Below, in pieces: positions 1 to 10,670 of a stretch of DNA of 64,000 bases; positions within the stretch are counted from its first letter, which is position 1, and every line of letters begins with the position of its first letter. Location: positions 14,118-78,117 of the forward strand of contig JAFTJE010000007.1 of assembly GCA_017456545.1 (NCBI GenBank), written 5' to 3'. The notes under the pieces are model-generated. The model saw only the letters and a list, made by a program, of their open reading frames with translations, was not told where the DNA came from and did not search any database. The position numbers and the translations under genes are program-made. Source of the DNA: Clostridia bacterium. Its GTDB lineage: Bacteria; Bacillota; Clostridia; Oscillospirales; CAG-272.

Positions 1-2503
1 CAAGGAATACTCCGATTATATGGCTTCTCCCGAGAGAATAGAGGACTTTCCCTCCCGTGAGCAGGTTATACTGACGGACAGATATACAGTTGGCTACAGA
101 GGAAAATGCGGAGCAATCCTTGACTTTAAGATAAAATCTCTTTCCCTTCGTGACGGTTCGCTTAATTTTGCCATAGAGGAGCTGAAGGGACTCAGCTCCA
201 TTGGATACTCCTGTGTTCTCGTCTGCCGAACAGAAACCGAGCAAAGGGGGGCTGTCAAGGCACTGAACGAATATTCCGTTCCTGCCTTTGCCTACAAGGA
301 CGGCGACTCGGTAAGGTCGGGAGCTGTGTGCGTAATTTGCGATTCCTTCCCTGACGGATATGAGCTGACCCAGACAAAGTACGCATGTATTGTGCTTTCC
401 TCAAAGACGGATAAGCTTACCGTAAAGACAAAAAAGACAAAGAAATTTGCTAAAAATGCAGGAGAAAAAATACTCTCATACGCAGACCTCAATGTAGGAG
501 ATTATGTCGTTCACGCATCTTACGGAATAGGTCGTTATGTGGGTATAAAAAATATGTGTGCCCTGGGTGCCTACCGTGATTATATTGCTATTGAATACGC
601 AGGCACGGATAAGCTGTTTTTACCCGTTGACCAGCTTGATATGGTATCAAAATATATCGGTGCGAAGGGCGAGGACGGAGAGGTTAAGCTATCCAGAATG
701 GGTGGTGCGGATTGGAAGCGTGCCACCGCAAAAACAAAATCTGCTGTAAAGGATATGGCAAGGGAGCTTATAGACCTATATGCACGCAGACAGAGGATAA
801 ACGGCTTCTCCTTTATGCCGGACGGACTCCTTGAAAGAGAATTTGACTCCTCCTTTGAATTTGACGAAACAGATTGCCAACGGGAGGCAATAGATGAAAT
901 AAAGGCAGATATGGAAAAGCCCTGTCCTATGGACAGAGTTCTCTGCGGTGATGTGGGCTACGGCAAAACAGAGGTAGCACTCCGTGCAGCTATGAAGGCA
1001 GTTGCGAACAACAAGCAGGTAGCTATACTCGTACCCACAACCATTCTTTGCATGCAGCACTATCAGACTGCCCTTGCCCGATTTGCCGGTACGGGAGTAA
1101 ATATAGAAATGATATCACGCTTTGTCACCCCCTCCCGACAGAGTGTTATCCTCCGTAAGCTACGCAGGGGAGATGTGGATATTATTATCGGCACACATAA
1201 GCTACTGGGAGGCAGCGTGGAATTTAAGGACTTAGGACTCCTTATAGTTGACGAGGAGCAACGCTTCGGCGTAGCACAAAAGGAAAAAATAAAGAAGCTG
1301 TGCCCCGATGTGGATGTGCTCTCTCTCAGTGCCACACCTATACCGAGAACCCTTAGCATGGCTATCGGCGGTATCCGAGATATGTCCGTTCTCGATGAGG
1401 CACCGGGTGGCAGACAGGGTGTTCAATCCTATGTTCTGGAATATGATGAAAATATATTGAACGATGCCATAAGACGGGAGCTGCACCGTGGTGGTCAGAT
1501 ATTCTATCTTTACAATAATGTGGAATATATTTACAGAGTGGCAGACAGGCTTAACAAGGCTTTCCCCGATGCGAGAATCCGTGTTGCCCACGGACAGATG
1601 GACAGAGAGGATATTGAAAATATCTGGGCTGACCTTGTTAAGGGCGAGGTTGATATTCTTGTAAGCACCACCATCATAGAAACCGGAATAGATATTCCCA
1701 ATGCCAATACTCTGATTATTGAAAACGCCGATAAAATGGGACTCTCCCAACTGCATCAGATACGAGGCAGAGTCGGAAGAAGCCATAGGAGAGCCTACGC
1801 ATACTTTACCTTCAGACAGGGAAAGGCTCTTTCCGAAATTGCACAAAAGAGGCTGGATGCCATCCGTGACTTTGCCGAATTCGGAGCAGGCTTTAAGATT
1901 GCTATGCGTGACCTTGAGATACGAGGTGCGGGAAACCTTCTCGGTGCTGCCCAGCACGGACATATGGAGGCTGTAGGCTACGACCTTTATGTAAAGCTTC
2001 TTAACGAGGCTGTCCTTGAGGAAAAGGGAATCAAGCCTCCCGAAAAATTCGAGTCTGTAATCACTCTGTCCTCCGATGCATTTTTGCCGGAGGGCTATAT
2101 CCGTTCCTCTGCTCAGCGTATGGATATATACAAAAAAATAGCTCACATTGAAAACGAGGAGGATGCAAAGGATATCGAGGCAGAGCTTACCGACAGATTC
2201 GGTAAAATACCAAAAAGTGCCATAACCCTTATCCGGACGGCACTCGTAAAAGCCTATGCCTCCATAGCAAGGATGAAAAAGGTGGAGCAAATGCGTGACC
2301 AGATACGCTTTTACCCCGACAGAATTGATTTGGGTGTGTTGTACCTAATGTCAAAGGTGGATGCAAGTAAAATAAAGATTATGGGCGTTGGCAAAAACCC
2401 CTATATCTGCTTAATGACAAAATCCGGGGATCATCTACTCACGGGAGCTAAGGAGCTGCTTACAGCTTATATCAACATAGTAAAGGAATCGGAGGAAAAA
2501 TAA
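1..2503 (+). CDS. mfd: Transcription-repair coupling factor Mfd (5' partial; N-terminal ~340 aa lie upstream of the window)
   Basis: The frame is open from nt 2, with no stop before the first ATG at 20. Helicase motifs GDVGYGKTEVA and LIVDEEQRFG are present, as are SATPIPRTL and the TRCF-type C-terminal region. Stop codon at 2501-2503. Confidence 0.93.
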   Translation, partial: KEYSDYMASPERIEDFPSREQVILTDRYTVGYRGKCGAILDFKIKSLSLRDGSLNFAIEELKGLSSIGYSCVLVCRTETEQRGAVKALNEYSVPAFAYKDGDSVRSGAVCVICDSFPDGYELTQTKYACIVLSSKTDKLTVKTKKTKKFAKNAGEKILSYADLNVGDYVVHASYGIGRYVGIKNMCALGAYRDYIAIEYAGTDKLFLPVDQLDMVSKYIGAKGEDGEVKLSRMGGADWKRATAKTKSAVKDMARELIDLYARRQRINGFSFMPDGLLEREFDSSFEFDETDCQREAIDEIKADMEKPCPMDRVLCGDVGYGKTEVALRAAMKAVANNKQVAILVPTTILCMQHYQTALARFAGTGVNIEMISRFVTPSRQSVILRKLRRGDVDIIIGTHKLLGGSVEFKDLGLLIVDEEQRFGVAQKEKIKKLCPDVDVLSLSATPIPRTLSMAIGGIRDMSVLDEAPGGRQGVQSYVLEYDENILNDAIRRELHRGGQIFYLYNNVEYIYRVADRLNKAFPDARIRVAHGQMDREDIENIWADLVKGEVDILVSTTIIETGIDIPNANTLIIENADKMGLSQLHQIRGRVGRSHRRAYAYFTFRQGKALSEIAQKRLDAIRDFAEFGAGFKIAMRDLEIRGAGNLLGAAQHGHMEAVGYDLYVKLLNEAVLEEKGIKPPEKFESVITLSSDAFLPEGYIRSSAQRMDIYKKIAHIENEEDAKDIEAELTDRFGKIPKSAITLIRTALVKAYASIARMKKVEQMRDQIRFYPDRIDLGVLYLMSKVDASKIKIMGVGKNPYICLMTKSGDHLLTGAKELLTAYINIVKESEEK

Positions 2504-2504
2504 T

Positions 2505-4655
2505 ATGCTAAGAAACGCAAAATGGATATTGCACCCCGAAAACAAGCTTTATGAGGCTGTATGCTTCAAAAGAGAGCTTGATTTTGCGAAGAAAATTAAA
2601 AAAGCTACCCTTTATATCACCTCTCTCGGTGTATATTATGCCGAAATTGACGGTGTCCGTGTCGGAGATTTCATATTGGCACCGGGCTTTACATCAAGGA
2701 AAAGAGTCCAATATCAGACCTATGATATTACAAAAATGATAAATAAGGGCTCAGCTCTTTCCGTTTCTGTCGCCGAAGGCTGGTATAAGGGAAAAATAAA
2801 CTTCGGCACCGATGAGGGTGGACCGGAAAAGAAAAAGGCACTTAAGGCAAGAATAGATATTCTCTTTACAGACGGCACAGGTAAGACAATCGTAACCGAC
2901 GAGGGCTGGCTTGTCAAAAGAGATAAAATCCGTTATGCCGAGCTTTACGACGGAGAAACGGTGGATGCAAATTATGAGGATATCTATGTAAATGCAAAAA
3001 TTTACGGTAATCCTCCTGCCGTTACGGTGGTCAAGCAACAGGGTGTTTATGTAAAAGAGCAGGAAATTTTAAGACCGTTATGTATTTTTACTGCCAAAAA
3101 CGGTGATAAGCTTATAGATTTCGGTCAGAATATGACAGGATATTTTGAAATTGAGGCTGATGCACACCGTGGAGACAGAATTGCTCTTTCCGTGTGTGAG
3201 GTTCTTGACAGGGATGGCAATTTCTACAATGAGAACTACCGTGATGCCAAGGCTCGCTTCGAGTATATCTGTCACGAGGGACACAATGTATATAAGCCCA
3301 AGCTTGCCTTCTGGGGCTTCCGTTATATGAAGATAGAGGAGTTCCCCTGTGAGATAACAGCGTCAAATATTAAAGCAATTGTGCTCCACTCCGATATAAA
3401 AAGAACGGGCTACCTCGAAAGCTCCAGTCCCCTGCTCAACCAGCTTTTTTCCAATATAATATGGGGACAAAAGGGTAATTTTCTCGATGTACCCACAGAT
3501 TGCCCTCAAAGAGATGAAAGACAGGGATGGACAGGAGATGCTACCGTCTTTTCAAGGACTGCCACATTTAACTATGATGTGGAAAAATTCTTTATAAAAT
3601 GGCTTACCGACCTTAAGCTTGATCAGGAGAAAAACGGACACATACCCCACATTATCCCCCAGACAATATGCTGGGATTGGTCCACGGCTGAGCATAGCGG
3701 AGCCGTATGGGGAGATTCCTCTACTATTATTCCCTACCAGCTGTATCTGACCTACGGTAATAAGGAGATACTCGCCCGTCAGTACACCTCTATGTGCAGG
3801 TACATAAAATATATCACCGAGCACACCAAGGAAAAATACCTGTGGGCAGGATGTGAGCAATTCGGAGATTGGCTGGGACTTGACGCCCCGGCAGGAAGCT
3901 ACCGAGGTTCATCAAACGAGGATTTTATTGCCTCTGTTTTCTATGCCCATTCTACCCTTCTTGTTGCAAAAACAGGCAAAATACTGGGTAGGCGTGTAGA
4001 TAAATATGAAAAGCTGTATAAAAAAATAGTAGAAAAAATCCGTATGACCTTTACGGAATACAAAACACAGACCGAGTGTGCCTTGGCACTGTATTTTAAT
4101 ATAGCCGAGAATAAAAGTGCTGTTGCAAATCAGCTTGCCACCATGATAAAGGAAAACGGAAACAGGCTTAAAACAGGCTTTGTGGGTACTCCCTATCTTC
4201 TCCACGCCCTATCGCAAAACGGATATGCCGAGGTTGCCTACGACCTTCTTTTGCAGGAGGAATTTCCCTCCTGGCTCTACTCCGTTAAGCAGGGTGCCAC
4301 AACCATCTGGGAGCACTGGGACGGAAGGAACGATAAGGGTGAATTCTGGTCATACAGGATGAACTCCTTTAACCATTACGCCTACGGAAGTGTGGCAGAC
4401 TGGGTATATATGGAGGCCTGCGGTATCCACACCGTTGAGGAAAAGCCCGGCTTTGAGGAGGTTATTATTTCTCCCATTCCCACGGATAAGCTTGACTGCC
4501 TGAGTGCGAAAATAGAGACACGCCATGGCACTGTTTCATCAAAATGGTATCATTTTGACGGTAAAATACGCTATGAAATCATAACTCCCGTTCCTGCTAC
4601 AATTATAATTAACGGTAAGGAGCACAGAGTACCTAAGGGCACATACATATTCTGA
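2505..4655 (+). CDS. Alpha-L-rhamnosidase, glycoside hydrolase family 78
   Basis: 716 aa. Contains the hallmark GH78 motif VPTDCPQRDERQGWTGDA. GGAGGA RBS upstream; start is 1 nt after the mfd stop. Confidence 0.85.
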   Translation: MLRNAKWILHPENKLYEAVCFKRELDFAKKIKKATLYITSLGVYYAEIDGVRVGDFILAPGFTSRKRVQYQTYDITKMINKGSALSVSVAEGWYKGKINFGTDEGGPEKKKALKARIDILFTDGTGKTIVTDEGWLVKRDKIRYAELYDGETVDANYEDIYVNAKIYGNPPAVTVVKQQGVYVKEQEILRPLCIFTAKNGDKLIDFGQNMTGYFEIEADAHRGDRIALSVCEVLDRDGNFYNENYRDAKARFEYICHEGHNVYKPKLAFWGFRYMKIEEFPCEITASNIKAIVLHSDIKRTGYLESSSPLLNQLFSNIIWGQKGNFLDVPTDCPQRDERQGWTGDATVFSRTATFNYDVEKFFIKWLTDLKLDQEKNGHIPHIIPQTICWDWSTAEHSGAVWGDSSTIIPYQLYLTYGNKEILARQYTSMCRYIKYITEHTKEKYLWAGCEQFGDWLGLDAPAGSYRGSSNEDFIASVFYAHSTLLVAKTGKILGRRVDKYEKLYKKIVEKIRMTFTEYKTQTECALALYFNIAENKSAVANQLATMIKENGNRLKTGFVGTPYLLHALSQNGYAEVAYDLLLQEEFPSWLYSVKQGATTIWEHWDGRNDKGEFWSYRMNSFNHYAYGSVADWVYMEACGIHTVEEKPGFEEVIISPIPTDKLDCLSAKIETRHGTVSSKWYHFDGKIRYEIITPVPATIIINGKEHRVPKGTYIF

Positions 4656-4660
4656 GAATA

Positions 4661-4686
4661 CTCCCCCATTTCAGGGGGAGCTTTTC
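4661..4686 (+). terminator. Rho-independent terminator after the GH78 gene
   Basis: Stem CTCCCCC (4661-4667) pairs with GGGGGAG (4674-4680), loop ATTTCA, followed by CTTTTC. Confidence 0.7.
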
Positions 4687-4719
4687 ATCCTTGGGCACAG
4701 ACCGATATACCAAAATCAA

Positions 4720-4748
4720 AAAGGCTTTCGCAAAATGCGAAAGCCTTT
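4720..4748 (-). terminator. Hairpin terminator downstream of the GH94-like gene (palindromic, may act in both directions)
   Basis: Stem AAAGGCTTTCGC pairs with GCGAAAGCCTTT (12 bp), with T/A runs on both flanks. Lies 6 nt after the stop of the minus-strand gene. Confidence 0.7.
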
Positions 4749-4753
4749 TATTA

Positions 4754-7090
4754 TTACTTAATCACAACCTTAACATCGTGCTCTCCGTCTGCAAATGCAG
4801 GGATAATATTTCCGTCGATTGCCTTACCGTCAACCACCACGGATACTGTAATGTCCTTGTATTTAACATCGGGGTTCTCGATTGTAATATTGTATGTTGC
4901 TCCACGGAAGCTACGCTTCATAGTACCCTTTGCAAAGGGAAGATGAGGATCTACAACGAGTCCTTCATAGGTTGCACGGATACCCATCATATAGCTTTCC
5001 ATTGTGTTTGTATACCATGCAACAGAGCCTGTAATCCAGCTGTATTCCATCTGGAACGCACTGTTCTTATGCTCCGGACCGAGATAGCAGTTAGCAAACA
5101 TAAAGGGCAAACACTTATTCTTGATTTCTGCGTTGTCACCCTCGATATAGCCGGGAGCTATCTTCTTAAAGAGGTTGTAAGCAAGGTCTGCCTTACCGTA
5201 CTTAAGAAGTCCGAGAATCATCCAGATGTTTGTATGTGAGTAAATTGTACCGTTCTCACAGATGCCGGGCTCCATAGAGGAAATTCTACCGATTGTGGAA
5301 TCGAACTCCTTGTAGGAGGGTGTAAGAAGCATATATCCAACGGGTGTTGCCATATGCTCATCCATAGCATTGATAAGAGTAGCAGCTCTCTCCTCGCTTG
5401 CTACACCGGAAATAAGTGACCAGCACTGAGGCTCCATAAACATCTTGGCGTATTTATTTTCGTTGGAGCCGAGGGGCTTACCTGCGTCTGTGTAGCAACG
5501 GCGATACCATTCTCCATCCCAGGCATTTGCGTTAATTGCCTTAACGATAGCCTCCCGTCTTGCAAGGTAATCCTTTTCCTTAGCCTCATCCTTCATAAAC
5601 TTAGCAAGCTCTGCCATTTCAAGAAGTGCCTGTGCGTAAGCAATGGAAAGCCATACACTCTCGCCCTTACCCTCCTTACCTACACCGGTAAGGGAGTCAT
5701 TCCAGTCACCGAACTTGATAAGGAGAAGATCATGCTCACCCTTATTGGACTCAAGGAAGTTAAGTGCTCTGTCCATATGACCGAGAATTGTAGCCTCTCC
5801 CTCATCTCTGAAGGGAACTACCTCATTTAAGAAGTCGATATCCCCTGTCTCACGGAGATATGCTGTAAGTGTAAATTCAAGCCAGAGGGCTGAGTCGGAG
5901 TATGCCTTTGTATCAACAGGGTTCCAGCCACGAACAGCCATACCACTTGAATACTGATTAGCAACAGCCTCCTTAAGAATCTCTCTTGTTCTGTCTGTCT
6001 TGAAGGCAACTACACCGAAGCCGTGCTGTACGATATCACGGTATCCGTTATATCCCCAACGGCACCAGGTAGCACCGAAGTTGGTAGCATGCTTACCCCA
6101 GAAGTTGATAAGACGGTCAAGATGATTGTCCTCTGTTGTAATGTGGTTCTGTGTATAGAGTGCCTTGTAATAGGATTTAACCTCATCGAAGTACTTATCC
6201 TGATTTGCAAGATACTTTTCCTTATAATACTTAGAGTCATTCTCGCACTCGCCAATACCGAGAACGAGGCTGATATCCTGCTCCTCTCCTGCGTTAAGCT
6301 CGAGGTCAAACTGCATTGAGCAGATTGTTGCGTTGGCGGAGCCGATGGAATTTCTCGCCTTACCCTCTCTTACAACCTGGGGAGCAGAAAGTGTACCGTA
6401 ATCGCCGACAAACACATTCTGGCATCCGTCGGAGCCTACGATCTTTTTATCTGCAATCATAAACGCTGTAAGATAGTTATGAGGCTTGATAAAGGGATGC
6501 TTTGTCATATAGAAGGTATTTTCTCCCTCGTCAAAGCGTGTAGCACGGTAGAAGGTGTCACCGTAGCTGTCAAAGCCCCACTTGAACTTAAACTGAATCT
6601 GGCTGTATGTAAATATGGAATAAGAACGCTTCTTTGCTCCGTCGTTCTTAAAGGAAAGCTTCCAGATCTCGCAGGCATCCTTACCTACGGGAACGAAAAT
6701 TCTCATTTTTGCTGTTGTATCACAGGTCTTGTTTTCAATTTCTGTATAGCCCATACCCTGTACACACTTGTAGGACTGGTAGGGGTGACAAACAGGCTCC
6801 CAGTTCAATGTCCAGAACTCCCCTGTTTCGTTATCTCTTATGTAAACAAGTCTGTTGTAAAGATGATCCTTGCCAAATACATCATAGTCACAGATACGGC
6901 CAACGCCTGTATAAAGCTGGATACCCTCCTTACCGTCTATCTGGTAGTCAAAGCATCCTATACCTGTCTGATGAACATTTGCATAACAGGAATCGTTGAA
7001 AAGAAAATTGTCAAAGGGACGGGGTGTGGCGGGAGAAGTAATTATAAATTCATCGCCTGACGCATTAAAATAACCGTATTTATATTCCAT
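4754..7090 (-). CDS. GH94-like glycoside phosphorylase (cellobiose/chitobiose phosphorylase superfamily); specificity unknown
   Basis: 778 aa. The N-terminus MEYKYGYFNASGDEFIITSPATPRPFDNFLFN parallels the N-termini of cellobiose phosphorylases. A GDWNDSL motif sits where the GH94 catalytic ADWND segment is expected. Size and architecture fit the family. Confidence 0.6.
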   Translation of the reverse strand: MEYKYGYFNASGDEFIITSPATPRPFDNFLFNDSCYANVHQTGIGCFDYQIDGKEGIQLYTGVGRICDYDVFGKDHLYNRLVYIRDNETGEFWTLNWEPVCHPYQSYKCVQGMGYTEIENKTCDTTAKMRIFVPVGKDACEIWKLSFKNDGAKKRSYSIFTYSQIQFKFKWGFDSYGDTFYRATRFDEGENTFYMTKHPFIKPHNYLTAFMIADKKIVGSDGCQNVFVGDYGTLSAPQVVREGKARNSIGSANATICSMQFDLELNAGEEQDISLVLGIGECENDSKYYKEKYLANQDKYFDEVKSYYKALYTQNHITTEDNHLDRLINFWGKHATNFGATWCRWGYNGYRDIVQHGFGVVAFKTDRTREILKEAVANQYSSGMAVRGWNPVDTKAYSDSALWLEFTLTAYLRETGDIDFLNEVVPFRDEGEATILGHMDRALNFLESNKGEHDLLLIKFGDWNDSLTGVGKEGKGESVWLSIAYAQALLEMAELAKFMKDEAKEKDYLARREAIVKAINANAWDGEWYRRCYTDAGKPLGSNENKYAKMFMEPQCWSLISGVASEERAATLINAMDEHMATPVGYMLLTPSYKEFDSTIGRISSMEPGICENGTIYSHTNIWMILGLLKYGKADLAYNLFKKIAPGYIEGDNAEIKNKCLPFMFANCYLGPEHKNSAFQMEYSWITGSVAWYTNTMESYMMGIRATYEGLVVDPHLPFAKGTMKRSFRGATYNITIENPDVKYKDITVSVVVDGKAIDGNIIPAFADGEHDVKVVIK

Positions 7091-7203
7091 TTTTTCTCCT
7101 TTTCAAACCTATCGGTTTTCTATTTTTTTCTGTACCTTATTTACTTACCAATGATTGTATTTTACAAGCTCGGTGCGTTATATACACCGAGCTTGTTTTG
7201 AAA

Positions 7204-9009
7204 TTAAGCTACCTCAAGCTCACCCTTCATAAGAGCTACAAAATCTCTGTAAATATAGTCTGTTATCTGTGCTCTTGTGGTATCAAATACTGTCTTCTGT
7301 GACAGGGACTTCCTTGCTGAGTCCTCGGATTCAACAAATACACCGTTACTGTAATAGCCCTCTGTTACATGGAGTATAACATATTCGGAGCTGTATGCAT
7401 CGGATGCGTTGATCTTATAGTACTCAAATCTCTGCACCTTGCCTACGGTCTCTCCCTCTGCAGGGTTAAGTATTACCTCAAGGGTGTAGAGCATATTGTT
7501 GGGATTTGCCAAAATTTCTTCAATTGTATCATTATCAAGCTCATTGTATCTTGATGCAAGAGGATATGATACAAGAGTGAAGTAAAGCTGGTTAAAGGGC
7601 TTATGTCTTGCGTCGCCGGTATCTGTATATCTTCCACTCTTGGAGGTTACCTTAAGAATATCGGCATTTGCCTTTGTATCGTGTACATAGTTAATGTAGA
7701 AGGTCTCCTCGCCGTACTGATATACGGATGTGGGAACCTTTATAGTAACGGATGCAACACCGAGATACTTTGTTCCGTCGGGACGGAGTGCCTCACTAAG
7801 ACCTGCACCGATAGTATTTGTTGCAGCCCAGTTAATGGATTTACCGTCATCAAACACAACGGATTCAACATCCTTAAACTGATTCTGAGGGATAAATGCA
7901 GCCTCGGGGATTCTTATAAGAAGATTTGTATCGGACTGCTTTGCAACAGCATAATAGTAATTCTGCTCATCCTCTTCACTGTATATTGCCTGGCTGATGA
8001 AGAAGTAAGGAAGGTCAACTCCCGATGTATGAGAGTCAGCCGTTACCCAGAATACATCATCTGTCTTGCCCAAGCCGTACTCGTCAAGCATAGCCTCGTC
8101 GGGCTCTATAGCCACTACCTTGTCACCAAGGAAGTTGGTATAGAAAATTGCAAGAGCATTCTGAGAATATTCATAGTCTGCCGCTGTACTCTTAAGATAC
8201 TGTCCGTTCTTAATAATGTGGACTATGTAATCCGTGCTGAGCACTCCCTCATTATCCTCAATCTGCTCACCCTGGAGTGCGATAATGGGTCTCATTGTGC
8301 TCATGCTGTTCATCTTGCCCTCGGAGATATAGAAGGTTCTTATATCAATCATAGCCTCGGCAGATGAGGAGTATCCCATATAGATAATCGGGGAGATGTA
8401 ATCTGTAATGGGAATAAGGATGGAGCCCTCTGTTGCTGCGGAGAATCTGTATACATGATTTCTTCCGTCAAGAGCAACATAGAAGGTGGCACTGGCAGTA
8501 AAAGCCTTATGTCCGATTCTTAGGGTGTGTGTCTTTACAGCACCGTCAGCATCCTTATAGGTTACGGTCATTGTAGCCTGACAGGTGTCGGCTGTTACAC
8601 CGTATTCTGCCATCTGCTCGGGTGTACATTCTCTATATACCTGGTTCTGTACAGTAATAGGTGTCAGGGCGTAGTTACGAAGATATGCATAATAGGATTC
8701 GTCAAATATAAGGTCCTCATATCCGTCAATAACTGTTACCATTGTCTTTTTATTATCCACTGTTTTTTCTACACGCTTAAAGGTATATTCACCCTTGGCG
8801 TTTTTAACATTGATGGATACAAGCTGGCTCTCGCTGATCGGCTCGTAGATAGTAAGGCTGTTGTTAATAAGTCCCTCTCCGTCCTGAGGCTCCGGAACCG
8901 TTGTTTCGGGCTCAAGAAGAGGTGCAATCACAACGAAATATACTACCACTAACGCCACCAGAAGAACAGCCATGGTGATAAGTATTACTTTGTTATTCCT
9001 TTTTGTCAT
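7204..9009 (-). CDS. DUF4340-like membrane-anchored protein (last gene of the ABC/GldG-like cluster)
   Basis: 601 aa with one N-terminal TM helix (VILITMAVLLVALVVVYFVVIAPLL). Its start overlaps the stop of the upstream GldG-like gene by 4 nt. Position after a GldG-like gene is typical for DUF4340. Confidence 0.5.
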   Translation of the reverse strand: MTKRNNKVILITMAVLLVALVVVYFVVIAPLLEPETTVPEPQDGEGLINNSLTIYEPISESQLVSINVKNAKGEYTFKRVEKTVDNKKTMVTVIDGYEDLIFDESYYAYLRNYALTPITVQNQVYRECTPEQMAEYGVTADTCQATMTVTYKDADGAVKTHTLRIGHKAFTASATFYVALDGRNHVYRFSAATEGSILIPITDYISPIIYMGYSSSAEAMIDIRTFYISEGKMNSMSTMRPIIALQGEQIEDNEGVLSTDYIVHIIKNGQYLKSTAADYEYSQNALAIFYTNFLGDKVVAIEPDEAMLDEYGLGKTDDVFWVTADSHTSGVDLPYFFISQAIYSEEDEQNYYYAVAKQSDTNLLIRIPEAAFIPQNQFKDVESVVFDDGKSINWAATNTIGAGLSEALRPDGTKYLGVASVTIKVPTSVYQYGEETFYINYVHDTKANADILKVTSKSGRYTDTGDARHKPFNQLYFTLVSYPLASRYNELDNDTIEEILANPNNMLYTLEVILNPAEGETVGKVQRFEYYKINASDAYSSEYVILHVTEGYYSNGVFVESEDSARKSLSQKTVFDTTRAQITDYIYRDFVALMKGELEVA

Positions 9010-10658
9010 CTGAGTTTTCTCCTGCGTATTACTACCGCCCCACCGATTATAAACGCAACAGGAAGAACTGTGGAAATAATAACTGTCATCGCTGTAGCCT
9101 GATTTTTGGTAATATCGAGGTCATATTCAATAAATACCTTGAAATCAATATCAACAAGGGAGGGAGTGTCCTCTCTGGAGGAGAGTGTGTGTATCAAAGC
9201 AAGCATCATCTTCTTATTTGCGTTGGAGGAGCTGTTAAGACCCTCCTCGGAAACGAAGCTTGAGCTTGGACACATTACGAAATATGAATATTCATTCTTA
9301 TTCATTGTACCGTCGGTTGAATTGAGGATATCCTCTTTTACAGCCGATGTGATGGTCATAAGGTTGTATGTTCCCTTTGCTCCACCGAAATTAGCGTTTT
9401 CGCTGGTTACAAGAAGAGGCTTAACATACTTTACATATTCTCTCTCTACATATCCCTCGTCACTCTTGAACTCGTCCTTGATTGTTACAATATTGGCGTT
9501 GTTCATAAGAGCCTTGGCAGATGCCGCATTGCTGAGAGTTTTGAAGTATGAGAGTGCTGCCGCATTTTCGGGAACGAAGGCACGGAGCTTATAGGGTGTG
9601 GAGCTTGCAAGCAATGTATCGCTTACAGGATATTCGGAGGGGGAAACCTCGATACCGCAGTTAGCATCTGCAAATGCGTAAAGATTGGGGAGGTCCACAT
9701 CATAATCTGTAAAGCAGAAAATTGTTCCTGAGCTCTTGAAGTAGTCAGTAAGCTTCTTTGTCTCCTCGGGAGAAAAGTCACTTGTAGGATTATTGATAAC
9801 TATAGAACGGGCATCGGAGGGGATATTCTGTGTGGAAAGGTCAATGGGCTTAACGCTGTAGCCACTCTGTGCAAATATCTTGATAAGAGTCAATGCCTCG
9901 CTGTTAATATCCTTGGAGGTCTCAACGCTTTCAAAGTCTATTGCCTCACTGTCCTTATCCCAGTTTGTAAAGCATGTCTCTCCGTGCTGCCATGTGAAGT
10001 AAACTGTGGGGTTCTCATCCATTACAAGACCGAGAATAGCTGATGTAAATACCATTTCTCCGTTGTACGCATAGAGATTACCTGTATTGGTATCGTATGC
10101 ATAGAACGCCTGATAATGGAATACCTTATATTCATTGTAGGGCTTGTAGCCTGGAGTACCGGGAGTGCCGGGGTTGGGATTCTTTCTCGCTACTATAACT
10201 ACATTCTGAGAAAGTCTTGTTCCCGAATCTGTGTAGAAATTATCCTTATAGAAGGTGTATTCCTTTTCAATATCGTAGCAGTTTACCTCGATATTGTCGC
10301 CAAACTCCTTCTCAAGGTCGAGGGCTGTGGAATATACATATCCAATGGAGCCTGCTGTATCGGATCTTCCGTATGCATCCTCGATTTCGTCCTCGGGGGC
10401 TGCAAAAATAATTTCAATCTGTACATCCTTTTCGGTAAACATCTCACCGACAGTGGTCTTCATCTTGTCTGACATTGTGAAGATTCCCTCTTCTGTCATA
10501 TCAAGCTGCCATCTGAACTTATCGGAAAGAACGCCTATCATTGCGTTAAGTATAATAACCAATGCCACAACAAGGGCACAGAAGGCAAGATTAATGCCTG
10601 TATATTTAATGTTTTTCTTGTCAGAAAGTGACTTTAATGATCTTCTTTTCATTTCCAT
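9006..10658 (-). CDS. GldG-like ABC-transporter auxiliary protein (ABC-type uncharacterized transport system)
   Basis: 550 aa with N- and C-terminal TM helices flanking a large extracytoplasmic domain. Gene order ATPase-permease-auxiliary matches GldA/F/G-type clusters. Confidence 0.55.
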   Translation of the reverse strand: MEMKRRSLKSLSDKKNIKYTGINLAFCALVVALVIILNAMIGVLSDKFRWQLDMTEEGIFTMSDKMKTTVGEMFTEKDVQIEIIFAAPEDEIEDAYGRSDTAGSIGYVYSTALDLEKEFGDNIEVNCYDIEKEYTFYKDNFYTDSGTRLSQNVVIVARKNPNPGTPGTPGYKPYNEYKVFHYQAFYAYDTNTGNLYAYNGEMVFTSAILGLVMDENPTVYFTWQHGETCFTNWDKDSEAIDFESVETSKDINSEALTLIKIFAQSGYSVKPIDLSTQNIPSDARSIVINNPTSDFSPEETKKLTDYFKSSGTIFCFTDYDVDLPNLYAFADANCGIEVSPSEYPVSDTLLASSTPYKLRAFVPENAAALSYFKTLSNAASAKALMNNANIVTIKDEFKSDEGYVEREYVKYVKPLLVTSENANFGGAKGTYNLMTITSAVKEDILNSTDGTMNKNEYSYFVMCPSSSFVSEEGLNSSSNANKKMMLALIHTLSSREDTPSLVDIDFKVFIEYDLDITKNQATAMTVIISTVLPVAFIIGGAVVIRRRKLR

Positions 10659-10670
10659 TCTCCTTTCTGA

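Noticed and set aside
1232-2290. A 352-aa antisense ORF lies inside mfd. Similar long shadow ORFs occur at 45837-46952 (in atpH/atpA), 27948-28814 (in tkt), 42294-43112, 7603-8367, 35347-36012, 38865-39506, 40129-40764, 30345-31031, 16133-16759, 13206-13832 and 4691-5239.
   Set aside because: All lie opposite well-supported conserved genes. They have Cys/His/Leu-rich, low-complexity translations, no RBS and no recognisable motifs. They are typical antisense shadow ORFs.
7164-7196. The hairpin ACAAGCTCGGTG/CACCGAGCTTGT between the DUF4340 gene and the GH94-like gene was considered as a terminator.
   Set aside because: Both neighbours are on the minus strand, but the U-tract is only on the plus strand. 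It may be a weak or bidirectional terminator or an RNA-stability hairpin, and it is not confidently annotated.
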